A DNA stretch of 64,000 bases from Ruditapes philippinarum (Eukaryota). How positions within the stretch are numbered: position 1 is the first letter of the stretch; each line of letters starts with the position of its first letter. Of the stretch, positions 12,838 to 26,400 are shown one piece after another. The stretch covers positions 1-64,000 of the forward strand of contig NW_026864517.1 of assembly GCF_026571515.1 (NCBI RefSeq), read 5' to 3'. The notes under the pieces are model-generated. The model saw only the letters and a program-made list of their open reading frames with translations, was not told the DNA's origin and did no database searches. A program made the translations under genes and the position numbers.

Positions 12838-15437
12838 GAAATTTGTTGTGATTTTGGTAATATTGTTCGTTCCATATGGTGATGCAATGCACTCTCAACA
12901 CCAAACTTTATACAGTAGACACATAGGAGGTAGAAGAAACTATTTCCCACGTTTTTCAAATGATTTACTGCCATTTACACAACAAACAACAATTAGTCCG
13001 CTAGGTACAACTCCTGATATTTTAATGATAAGTGAAGCCGAAGAAAATTTGACAGCTGAGAAAGGCATAAAAATTCCTCCTCATGACTGCATCATTTCAT
13101 GGGACCAGTTAAAAGAGCATGTAAGTTAATTTTGGGATCATCAGAAATGTTTATATTCGATGTCGCCGCAGTGCTATTTTTGTAGCGTGTTCGGCCGCCA
13201 ATTTCTTCTTTATCGGTCAATCCATCCATGAAAAAGTTGCATGTTAAGCAAGAAAATATCTCTCCTAAAACGGAACCGATTATAATAGTCACTCTACATG
13301 TAATTCTTAAACAACACTTCCTTTACTATGGCTCGTAACAAATAATCAAGACTAATTTTGGTCCATTGAGCGCAACATCCAGGCATGAATGTCATTGTGA
13401 AGTAACTAAAATACATTTCTTTTTTTTAAGATTTGTGATTGTATGTTGCAAATTGCAAACCTAACTTGAATATTTGTGCAAATCAGTACGCAAAAGTTTC
13501 ATTCCAAAGGTTGACCTTCATGCTTAGTCAAATGTACGCGTATTTATAATTGCTTGTCTATTCCATCGACATTGCAAACAGGAACAGTCAGGATCTATGA
13601 CACTGTGAGAGGCAAAAGTTATATCAAAATGAAACAACCCCAATGAGTTTTTATTTACAAATACTAAAATGATTTATTGTTTTGCTATACAGTTTCAACA
13701 TAGATCAAAATCACAATATACAATGTATGTAACATGATCAACATCATTACATAAATAATGTCAATTGTGTTTTACTTCAAACATTTTTAGATAAAACAAT
13801 AATAATTATAGCTATACCTACTAAAACAGATTGCAGATGTTAATTACATAGGTATTTATGATCTTGATGACGATGACGACGTGTTTCCGGGAAGAGGTTT
13901 CAAAAATCACTTACGTCTACAAGTCTTGAATGAAACATCAATACGTAGAGAAGCAGGGGCATGGTTTGTATATTTAAATTTCTTTACTTCATTAAATTTA
14001 CAATAGCGTTGAATGGATGTTTTCATAGGCACTTATGGATATAGGTATTTTGTTCCTTTGTTTCGTTTTAGAATAGCTTAAAATAACGTTATAGCGTAAC
14101 GGAATCCTGCCGCCCTCTAAGGTACCTAATTCCGCTTGGATGAAGAGAAAATTCTAATTGACATTAGCAATTACTTTGATTATAATCAAACTTTGGACCT
14201 CTTGATACAGAAGCCCTTGTCCTACGTACTACTGGTCCACTGTGACCTTAAAATATTTTTCACAATTTATCTCTATTAAGGTTCCCATCATTCAACACTT
14301 GTGGATCTGTTTTTGGGATAGACGAACGTGTGGATGGTGCGAAAGCTATATTCCGTCCAGTATCAGGTACTAATATTTTTGTAGCAATGGTCCATCAACT
14401 TCATTTGACATTTGTTTACCCGAAAAGCATTTATTAATTCTAACCCATTTGAACGCACTTCATTTCATTTCCCATCTCTTGCTTGATTTGCTCGATTGTT
14501 TCACACTATATTCTTATAATTTCTAAATAAAACATCTTGTTATTTTCAGGTAATGCATTCATTGTCCCTGGAAAAAGAGACTATATCGTGAGTTTGAATC
14601 CAAGCCGATATATTTTCTATTTCTTCTGTCAGTCAGAACCGCAAGATAACAGATGCCGAGACGCACTTCTTATACTTCTGGTCAAGGTTAGCTATGTTGT
14701 CATTATTGCTCGAAATATTATTAACAACTCGGGAGAAACGGGTATCTTCGTAACATGTTAAATTATTGAGTAAGGGGGCGAGTTTGGCAAAAAAAGTATT
14801 TTGGGTTTCTTTATATGAAAAATTCTTTTCTAAGCCAAATATTTTTTATAGTAATTAAATGTGGTCCATGAAAATTTTTTACCCCATGACACAAATCATG
14901 AATTTACATTGGGGTCGTTTGTTTTTTTTCCTTTGGGTTTTTAGGGAAAATTTATTTTAAAATTTAATACATTTACATCAAAAAAGTAAAATGCTTGGAT
15001 GTTTAATTTTAGGATGAGAGAGAATGGCCTAGGGAAGGTGATGGTATTCCTAAAGGTCAAATTCGACTAGATGATATTCCCTGGGGAGAGATTGGTTCAA
15101 CACTGATGGCATGTTTTGGTCAGCAATTCATTGATGACACTGATCCACAAATTAAATGGGGTTGGACAGGCCCTGGTATAATAAATTATGATACCACTTT
15201 TATCATGTTGATAGTTTAACAAATATTAGGAAATTTGGATAATTCAATATATTTTCAATGGTTACTGTAAAGGCTGTTGAATAAACATTAATTAAACTAT
15301 TCGTTTATATCTATGAGATCCATAAGGACTATGACAATGTCATTAAATTTGAAAACGTTTTATAATTGGTTTATCGCTTTCTTTCAGAATGTGCAGTGCC
15401 AGGGTCAGAGGTTTTCGAAAAAGCAATTATGAAATAA
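12838..15437 (+). CDS. Secreted divergent lipocalin-like (RBP4/ApoD-like) protein, paralog 1; ATG-containing first exon not located
   Basis: GT-AG exons 12838-13120, 13830-13963, 14281-14366, 14550-14686, 15013-15175, 15388-15437 (internal intron phases 0,2,1,0,1) splice into an open frame. It reads: signal-like KFVVILVILFVPYGDA ... IPPHDCIISWDQLKEH|IADVNYIGIYD...NTC...DYIVSLNPSRYIFYFFCQSEPQDNRC...LDDIPWGEI..CFGQQFIDDTDPQ..W.W..E|CAVPGS..stop. It is collinear with the minus-strand paralog. AATAAA at 15714-15719. The gene itself is high confidence; the lipocalin call is moderate. Confidence 0.85.
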
Positions 15438-17059
15438 TTAGCTGATGACATTTTAAGGTAAAGCCAAGCAGCAGCTAATGGTCGGAATAGATTTCTGTCA
15501 TATACTTTGCTCACATGAATATAATTGTACTATTCAATGCACATGTGTTTACTTTTATTGAATATATATCTAACAAGAAAAATATTACATACATTCGTAT
15601 GTAATATAGGTACGATTGCATACTACTTTATGTTTGCTGAATTAAAGGTGTAATGTAAAATGAACAAACATGTCATGAGATATTTTATATCTTTAAACAT
15701 TTTCATGGAATGTAATAAATGTATCATCATATTAAAGTTGCATGCCTTCCGATGAGAAAAATGATTTCAAGGAAATCAAAATATGAAAAGAAAATTCACG
15801 GTCAATTGACTGCTTTGAAGCATAATCACAAATTTGAGTCACAGATTTGAGATATGATTATTTATTCATATTAACATCATTATTGGTTATATATTGATAA
15901 AAAAAACCCGAAAGACACAGTTTGTAAATATTTATTACAATTAAATATGAAAAAGGTATTTTCTATCCTATGCGACGCGCCGAGGTTAGCTATAATTAAA
16001 ATTACCGCGCAAAGTCGCGGTGGTGCTTGGGATAATCACTTGATACTGTAAATGGCAGCCATTTTACGATACGAAAATGCCTGGCCCTCCTCGGACAGTT
16101 TATCCTGCCGAAAAGATATGAAAAAATACTTGCAATTCAAAGTTTGTTTATCACATAAAGATTATCGATTTACTCTTTGCACACTTTTTCTATGCCTGAT
16201 TGTAATTATATTGATGTGTTTTCATTGGCTTAAACCATCACGTTACCAATACACATGTAGGTGTGAACTAATTTCGTGTTCATTAAAATTATTCCGTTAA
16301 TAGACATATAACAATCTTATTTACAAATGAATTGATAAAACAACAATCACAGAAGCATTTAAGATAATAACAATCATTGGAACAAAATAAATGCATATAA
16401 ATTGTAAATTTGTGTATGACAACTCACCCCCTAAACAAAACATAATAGACTCAACCAAAACAAGCGCCTGCTTCTTCACCTAACTATGTAGTTGCATGAC
16501 CATGATTAGCAATATAGCAAACCAAATCTAAGAGATAAACCTATTGTAAAAATAATACTATGACCACAGCAGATTTCGTACAGAAAAATATTTGCTTTTA
16601 TTGAATATATGTTTAAAAATATTTGTTTAATAGATATATTTGTTAAAAAATATTGGGAATTCGTGGACATAAAATTTCGTGATTTTGTCAAAAATAACAC
16701 TTTTTTCATAAATTCGTGGATTGTTAGAAATATAAATCAAAGATAAAATTCACAGAAAAATAAAAAGCAGATAATGTTATGCAAAATAGTGTTACCGAAA
16801 ACGAAATGAATTTTGTTGGATCTATCGATGAAAACCGACGAACAGCTCTTACATAGTTTGGAATACATCAGCAACCAGCTAGGTTATTTAATTATCCAAC
16901 AACCAATTAACAACCTACCAAATTGACACTCGCAAGTTTTGAGTATATTTTATAAAATGCATCACTCATTCCGCTTGTACATGTATGAAGCAGTACATAT
17001 GACACGTACAATGTTTTTTACTAGTTTTAGAATATCAAAATTCTTTATCTTACATAAGG

Positions 17060-19680
17060 TTAACTTGATCATCACATTTATAAATTATGGGTCAGTGAAG
17101 TTCTAGTATAGCTGCACAGAAAGCTTAAATTCATATAAATATATGCATTCTTTTTACAAACATGGGTATATATGTTATCAAATATAAAAAGAAAAAATGA
17201 CGAGTCAAATTCAGTGTCTTAGTAGTAAGTGTTTACAGTTTGCAAGGTTGATTCAATCTCATAACAAGAAGCATCTTTCAAAAAGATACTCAGCTGTGGT
17301 CGTCATTTCTTAGTAAGTTTTGCGTTAGTTCTAAGCACTGATTTAATAAAAAAATACCGTGTTCTAAGTCGGAATAGATTATGAATTTATTAATGTTCTG
17401 CAGAATTATTATCAATAACTTAAAGTTGTAGCAAAATTATCATCTTCGACATATCGCTGGTGACGGGCGATTCTTTGCTACCGACTGAATTTATTTTGGG
17501 TGGAAATAAAAATATGTAACTATAATTACAGGCTAATCGTAGGTCATTTGAATATTTTACCGATGTATTTTTCCATTCAGGCGTAATCCATGGGCTATAT
17601 CTGAAACGATCGCACGCGGATAATGGTACTCTTAAAAGGCGTCTTGGCAGTCTCGTGGCGCTTGTGAAATGCTTAAAATAACCAATGAAAATCCTACTTT
17701 TTAGCAGTTAATCACTGAAAATCATCCTGGCTCTAGACAGCCTCCGGTTGGAAAAAAATACAAGAGAATTAGATTCAACTGACAAATATTAAATCTAACT
17801 AAAATCATGCTTGTTTTTGCCGAATCGTTCTTATTTCGTTTAAAATAATTTTAATGTTTTACACACTTGTTGACACGTTATTTACTTCTAAGACAAATTA
17901 GTTTTGACAGAACAGTATGTAAACATTGTGGACAAGCCACAGTCGCCCTTGGTGTGTAAGAGTTGTAATTATACCCGAGTGCATAGACATGTACCAACCC
18001 TTACAACCTGTCACCCCATACAACCATACATATCTAAATATGGAACTCGGATATAGGGTTTTTGTATACTGTGTCCGTTATATCAACAATCACTTGTCAA
18101 TTTTACAACCATGCGAAGCACTTTATATAGCTGCCTTGTTACAACCAACAGTGGCAAAGCCCGACATTTTGAATAAGGCAGTATCTCATCCTAATGTAAA
18201 TATAATAAGATATAAGAACACTTTATCCTAACTAAATCACAAAATTCAATAGGTTGTTATTTATGTTACCTGATTGACTACCTTAGATGTCATTTAAAAA
18301 AATAAACATTAAATACTACATGATTAATCAAATAACTGCATTAAATTAAAGTAATGAGTTTAAAAATAAAATAATATTACATGTATGAAGCCAAAAACTG
18401 GAACACAAATGTTACTATTTTAAGAACAAATTTTTTTTTTTAAAGAAATGTGCATAAATTACTGGAATACTATGTACACACCAAAAATGGCCGGTTTTAA
18501 GACTTTTCTGGTATAAATTGTGCATACATATGCCTTCAATTTTTTTAGACAGCGGACTCTAAGAAACAGAAGTATTTTTTTTGAGAATTTAACCAAACTT
18601 ATTCACCATATATATCTTCCCACAAGTAAAAATAATGGATCCTCTCTGTAGATCATATATTTTAATCTATACAAGAGGTAATTTCTTTTTCTAAAAACAT
18701 TTTTCTTTTTAAACTTCAGTTTCTGTGATATTCCTAAATCTAAATCAAGTTATAAACTAAACAGGGTGACTACAGTCCATGTTTCATATTTTCTTTTCTG
18801 TTTAATATTGACTGTAATTCTCTCTTCACAAGTTTATTCTTGAATTCACGATTAAGTGACATGTGTATAAACAAATGTGCAATATGTTAGCGAAAATCTA
18901 GATTCCTATAGGCAAAGATCAGTACTCATTTATTTAGACTTAAACGTTTTAATGATTTATTATTATAATTCAAATTATGTAAACTTTTCATTGTAGATAT
19001 AGAGAACGGCTTAATTACAATGTAACAGTATTCTTGAAACCAATCAAGCTTGAAAATTTCAAAATTATTGTGCATTTGTTTATTTCAAATGTTGGTAAAG
19101 GTATGAAAACCATCCAAAGAAAACTTAGGTGCCTATGTGCATTATCTCTGGCACCAGTATATAGAACTTACCTACCATATGCAAGGTGTATAACTTTCTC
19201 ACCTGAAAGAATTTGTCCTACTTTACCTTATCCGACAACAGGCCACTTAATTGGCCATCCAATTCAAAAAATTATATTTGTATATTGCTTGTATAACAAT
19301 TGTTAAGTCGAATGACTGAAAACAACTGCTGAAGTTAATCTATTGAAGACAGCTGTTCAATACATGTATCTTGTAAGTGAATGTTTTATTTTATTTCATA
19401 TACATATATTTCCCATGTGCATTAAGTAACAGACATTTTCTGTTAAAACTCTCTCTAGATATGATCACCAGAATGTGAAAATATCAGGTAATTTATTTTT
19501 ATACCTGTACATGCAGTGCCTATAAGGCTGTAAAATATACAAATAAGAAAACGAACACATTATTTATCTATTCTAATAACAATCAAAAGTTTATTCTATG
19601 ACAAAAAGTACATATAGATGAATGTTTTCTACCTTGAATAGAAATTTATACACAAAGAATTTGCATCCAAATTGAAAATG
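17060..19680 (+). repeat. Low-copy segmental repeat, copy 2
   Basis: Collinear with 33150-35990 and, with deletions, ~2530-3190. Shared anchors include GGGTCAGTGAAGTTCTAGT and AACAACTGCTGAAGTTAATCTATTGAAGAC (copies 2 and 3), and CCACAGTCGCCC and AAAACTTAGGTGCC (all three copies). Confidence 0.85.
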
Positions 19681-20912
19681 AAGTTGAAATCGTGAATTCG
19701 TGAAATTGAAATCGATAATTTATGAAGCTGAAATGTCAGAATAAGTGTCCTTCACTTAGTACAAATTTACAATTAACACTTGTGTCGCATGAAGACCAAA
19801 CAGTATTTGAGCTAGGGTCATGAAACTTTATGCATATGAAGTTGTGTAAATTGGTTATCGATTGTGCCACATTTATGCCAGAGTTATAGCCCTTTACTAA
19901 GTCAAAATTAGGGATTTTCAACTTGTCATCCGTGTTGTTGACAATAAACGGTAAATATAATTATGCAAAACGGGCTTATTTAATTAAGTAAAAGAAAAAA
20001 CACGTGTGACGTATACTTTGGTATTTTCATCTTTATGCGCATTTTTGGTAAGTGACAAATACGTTTTGGTGAGCATAGAAAAACTCAAACCAACCGAATT
20101 TGGCACATTTTATGTTCCATTTTGGGCTGGAGAGTGCGCCATATTCCACCGTATATGTCACACGTATGACAAATTCGAACCGAACACTATTATGTCACAC
20201 GTGTGCCATAATATATATACGCTTCGTGACATATATAGCCCGACAAAGCTGGTGTCAGGGGACGTAAAGGATGCTGCACTTTTATTTCAATTATCCTTCA
20301 TGAACAGTCTCGATCAAACCGAGTCTGCAATTTCATGTAATTTTATTGTTTTTATTGCTTCCGAAAGATCACTCCTAAACCAGATGTTTTTTATGTTAAA
20401 AGATTTTGATCTTGAGCGTGGATGTCTTTTATCTTTATTTTTGAATTTGAATTATTTTGTATAGTTGGTCGTTCATTCATTCTGCTCAGATGTTCATTCG
20501 TTCCCACCCGGGAATCAAACCCGCAATGTCGAGCGCACTAACCGATTGATCTATGCGGGCTGGTACTACCTTGTGTGCAGTATATAATTTATATAAGTGT
20601 CTTTAAGTGTTAGTTTTTCGAAAGGCAGTTATTATTATACAATTGATATAAAACGTGAAGGTCGTCATGAGACTTGTATAGTGCACCTAGCTTTAAAGGC
20701 TCAAAATGACATGAGGCATATAATATTGATAACTATGACAAAAGCAGGCATAACGTCAAATTCTAGGTCAAGTTAACCATATGTATCCAAGTTGCGTGCA
20801 CATAATCTAAATTTAAAGTTCATAGCTGTAGCTCTCATTATAAACAATTATGTCACTGGGATGTAGTAGTCACCAACATTTACTATTAAACAACAAAACA
20901 CAATGCCATGTC

Positions 20913-22769
20913 AAACAAGGGTGCCATAGTCACAAAATACGCCCGTTTACGAAAATTTTAGATGAAGATGGGGGCATTATGGATAAGTGTTATATAGCAA
21001 GCAAGTTTTTATTCTTGGCACTGTGTTGTTAAATGAACTTTAAAACAAATCAGTAGGGAAGATATGCACAGGATGTGTAACCTTGACCTTGGTCGCGCGG
21101 ACCTGAATTTTATGCACGGCACTCAGCCTCACAATGATGAACATTTGTGCCAAATTATATTGAAATCCCCCTATGCATGTAGAAGTTTTGCTCCAGACAA
21201 GCGTTTTTCTATGAGCTCTAATTGTGACCTTCACCTTTGACCTAGAGACTTGGATTATGTGCAGGGCACTACGTCTCATGGTGGTGAACAATTCTATAAA
21301 GTAACATTAAAATTCCTCCATGCATGTAGAAAATGTGCTCCGGACAACATCTGGATATTTAATCATCTCTAGTGACCTTGACCTTGCAAATATTAACCTA
21401 AATTAAATGTGTCACACCTGTAGTCATGATTGTTACCATTTGTGCTACAATCCATCAATAAATGATGACTAAATGGTCCCTATACACATCTTCAAATTTT
21501 TATCTGAACTTTGACCTCTATGTGTAACCTTGACTTTGGTCGCAGGGATCTAAATTTTTTTCGTGCGACACTCAGCCTCACAATGGTGAATATTTGTGCC
21601 AAGTTATATTGAAATCCCCCTATGAATGTAGAAGTTTTGCTCTGGACAAGCGTTTTTCAATGAGCTCTAAGTGTGACCTTGAGCTTTGACCTGGAGACCT
21701 AGATCATGCATGGAGCAATACATATCATGGTGGTGAACATTTCCATAAAGTATTATAAAAATTCTTCCATACATGTAGGAGATATGCTCCAGACAAAATC
21801 TGGATATTTTACCATCTTTAGTGACCTTGACCTTGCATATATTGACCTAAAGTACATGTGTCACAGCCGTAGTCATGATAATGACCATTTGTGTTACAAT
21901 CCCTCAATAAATGATGATGAAATCGTCCCTATACACATCTTCATATTTTTTATCTAAACTTTGACCTCTATGTGTGACCTTGACCTTGGCTGCAGGGACC
22001 TGAATTTTGTGCGCGACACTCCGCCTCACAATGGTGAACATTTGTGCCAAGTTATATTGAAATCCCTCTATGCATGTGGAAGTTTTGCTCCGGACAAGTG
22101 TTTTTCAATGAGCTCTAAGTGTGACCTTGACCTTTGACCTAGAGACCTAGTTCATGTGCGTGACATGGCTTCTCATAATGGTGAACATTTCTATGAAATT
22201 TCATTAAAATCCCTCCATGCGTGTAGGAGATATGCTCCGGACAAAATCTGGATATTTCATCATCTTTAGTGACCTTGACCTTGTATATATTGACCTAAAT
22301 TATATGTATCACAGCCATAGTCTTGATAATGACCATTTGTGTTACAATCCCTAAATAAATGATGACTAAATGGTCCATATACACATCTTCATATTTTTAT
22401 CTAAACTTTGACCTCTATGTGTGACCTTGACCTTGGCCGCAAGGACCTGAATCTTGCGCGCGACACTCCGCCTCACAATGGTGAACATTTGTGCCAAGTA
22501 ATATTGAAATCCCTCTATACATGTGGAAGTTTTGCTCCGGACAAGCATTTTTCAATGAGCTCTAAGTGTGACCTTGACCTTTGACCTAGAGACCTGGTTC
22601 ATGTGCGCGACACTGCTCCTCATAGTGGTGAACATTTCTATGAAGTTTCATTAAAATCCCTCCATACATGTAGGAGATATGCTCCGGACAAAATTGGACG
22701 CCGCCCGCCCGCCCGACCGCAAGGGGCGTTCCCATAATACGTCCCGTTTTTCAAACGGGCGTATAAAAA
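20913..22769 (-). mobile_element. HINE-like element with ~448-bp higher-order satellite array
   Basis: subTIRs ATACGCCCGTTT (20937-20948) and AAACGGGCGTAT (22753-22764), IR 22737-22749, and a short (CCCG)n tract. CCTCACAATG recurs at 21127, 21576, 22024 and 22471; each unit consists of three diverged ~149-bp TGACCTTGACC-containing subunits. Confidence 0.82.
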
Positions 22770-23444
22770 GGGTCACAAAGTCAAAATGTAGGTTAGCTGA
22801 TATCTAAGTTAAATTCTACATTTGTACATTATAAAGTTAAAATTCTTATACAAAAAAAGTTGTGACTTGATCAAAATTAAGGTCAACTGTTTAAAATGAT
22901 AAATGTAACGAAAATCTTGTTGAAATGCATATTTAAAGATATACAGTGTACTTGTAAACACTTCATGGTGTTTTATTTCTTGATATATCCGTTGCACTTG
23001 TGTGCAGGATTTTGTTACTTTTTAGACATAATTTTGACTAACCTAGTCTGAAATACGTTCCTTTTTCACACAGCTGTCTCTCACAATTATAAGCAATTTA
23101 TTTCATTCAAGTTTATAAGGTTATTGTCAGGTTTTGTGAAAACATCTTAATTCTACGTGGACTTCTTAATAATATTTTCCACTTTTGGTTATGTTTCATA
23201 ATAAGCTATGATATATAAATAGAATAATAATAAAAAATACAAAAAAGCCATTTGTTGTATTAATGTAATTTTATTAATTGGCAAATTATCAACCGACTTA
23301 CATATCATATCTTTATTAAACCATCATTACTTCACTTGAATTAATAAATTTTGAGAATGTGATGAGGATATTATATTCCCTTTTAATAGAATAACTGAGT
23401 GATTAAATAATGACAATAAAACCACGACAGAAACTGACGATATC

Positions 23445-26400
23445 CTATGTGCCCATGACGGCTTCATTGTAAACATCAGACCCTGGAACTGCACATTCTA
23501 AAAATAGATAAATATGACGTCATCACTAACAAAGACTTATACGATAAATACATGTGTGACATTAAGATGTGCTCTAGAAGCCCAAAAACTTAAAAAGAAT
23601 TATTTCATCGCCAGAATAGATATTTACCCTAAAGTTTTAATTGATACTAGTATTCTATAACCAGGCCATCTATCAAATAAAAACATTTTTTCTAGACAAA
23701 ATTTATAATGATTAAAAAATAAGCTGAGTGTGTGAAAAATAACCTTTTAAAGATATTCTGCTTTAAAACAATACATCTTTCTAGCAGCAAACCTTATTTA
23801 TAATTAAATGTTTGACAAAATTAAGAACATAAATCATTGCACGATGCCAAGTGCTAAGAACAACATACAGAATGAAATCACAATGATTTTTATTAAGTAA
23901 AATGAAATTAAAAATTAAATTACAAATAGAACAAAGATATTTCAATGAATTTTGAAGTCCCTTGGGTAAGGTCTTTTTATATCTAAATATATTAATTGTT
24001 TAACCTTAGAGATATCATTGTTAGAGATGTAAAGTTCTACGCCTTAAATTAGCAGAAAAATGTCTATTCTTCCTGAATTCTTAAATGAACTACTGAGATG
24101 TTATAAGGACCACTCGCCTGTATACGTAGGGCGTCGTCATATTATTATAAATATAGTCATACAGTCGATAAGATCTTTTTAACAATATCTTTTGTTTGTT
24201 TAAATGACTACCATTAGTCATTGCTTTTAACATTCCATTCTAAAATAACCATATGGTCAGCAAAACCTTATGGCACTTTCTTGAAAATATGTAAAAAAAA
24301 AAGATCATAAATTCATATGGTATAAATTATCGGACAAGAAAAGTTTTCTTTGTTATATTCACCTTTTCCTCTCCATGTCCAAATTGCTTGTGGGTCAGTA
24401 TCATCGAGAAACTGTTGACCAAAACATCGAATCATTGTCCTCTCTATATCTCCCCATGGGATGTCATCAAGGTTGATTTGACCTTCAGGTACGCCATCGC
24501 CATCTTGTGGCCAAGATCTTTTGTCCTCAAAACCATTATTAGTAAATTGGTATTATTGTAATATTAAACAAAAAAATCTTACGTATTGTGTATCGTGATT
24601 AAATTTCTTATTTATCGAATCTGTGATACTTATTTGATGATATGAAAAGAAAATTATATTTCAGTTGAATCGAACAGACATGTAAATATGCAGTGTTAGA
24701 ATTTTTTACGTAATCAAACCAAAATTAATCATATTTTATATGTTACTCGGAATAGTTTTAAGAGTTTTTAATCTTTAGAATGTCATGTTTGAAATGTGAA
24801 TCATTCGAATATGAGAAAATAGATCTAGACTTTACAACAGGGCGTGGATTATTCAATGTATTTATAAGACATAAACTTAATATTGACCAACCTCTACTAA
24901 AAGTACATTTAATCCTTGAGAACATCTACCGTCCATGATTGTATCCCCCGTATAGCAGAAGAAATAGAACAAATATTTGCTAGGGTCTGAACTGACAACA
25001 AAATCCATTCTTGTTGGACTGACGGTAAAACCTTAAACAATGTAGCGTATGATTAATCATTCCAATCAAGCAATGTAAAAAACAACAGTTCACAACTACG
25101 CAAATGAGGATTTTCACATCTAATGTGTTCGTTAGTACGCCAATGAACGAGTTAGTGTCATAAAATATAAACTTCTTGTTGGCAATATTTATAGGAATTA
25201 TACTCATGGTATCATTAATTTTAGATATCCAGTCTTTGCTTGACCAGTTCTGGTCAAATCTGCAACTAAATGATAGAATAAATAGAATAATAACACAATT
25301 GGTAAACCAGGAAAACTTTACTCTTAAGATACTAACCTGAAAGAGCACGGAATATTGCTTTTTCACTGTCGACGCGCTCTTCTAGTCCAGGTACATAGGC
25401 ACAGGTATTTGTATCATCAATCCTATGATATGATAATATATAATATTTGTATAATAGAGTACACGCATGTGTGAAACCTAAATTGTTTTAATGAAAATAC
25501 TCTGTTTTCCTCATTGCTAGTGATCCATATATGAATCTATACATATATCCATACATGAATCTATACATATATCAATACATAACTCTACACATATATCCAT
25601 ACATGAATCTACACATATATCCATACATGAATCTACACATATATCCATACATGAATCTATACATATATCCATACATGAATCTATACATATATCCATACAT
25701 GAATCTACACATATATCCATACATGAATCTACACATATATCCATACATGAATCTACACATATATCCATACATGAATCTACACATATATCCATACATGAAT
25801 CTTTACATATATCTATACATGAGTCTACACATATATCTATACATGAAACTACACATATATCCATACATGAATCTACACATATATCCATACATGAATCTGC
25901 ACATATATCGATACATGAATCTACACATATATCTATACATGAGTCTACACATATATTCATACATGAATCTACACATATATCCATACATGAATCTACACAT
26001 ATATCTATACATGAATCTACACATATATCTATACATGAGTCTACACATATATCTATACATGAGTCTATACATATATCCATACATGAATCTATACATATAT
26101 CCATACATGAATCTACACATATATCCATACATGAATCTGTACATATATCCATACATGAATCTACACATATATCCATACATGAATCTATACATATATCCAT
26201 ACATGAATCTACATTTATATCCATACATGAATCTATACATATACATGAATCTACACATATATCCATACATGAATCTATACATATAGCCATACATGAATCT
26301 ACACATATATCCATACATGAATCTACACATATATCCATACATGAATCTACACACATATCCATACATGAATCTATACATATATCCATACATGAATCTACAC

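Noticed and set aside
19168-19210. Minus-strand micro-exon-like AG...GTAAGT in the segmental repeat
   Set aside because: The donor is not retained in copy 1, the length differs in copy 3, and no coherent reading frame could be built.
20006-20464. 152-aa ORF
   Set aside because: No recognisable motif or splice context; overlaps repeat-like sequence shared with 33038-33140.
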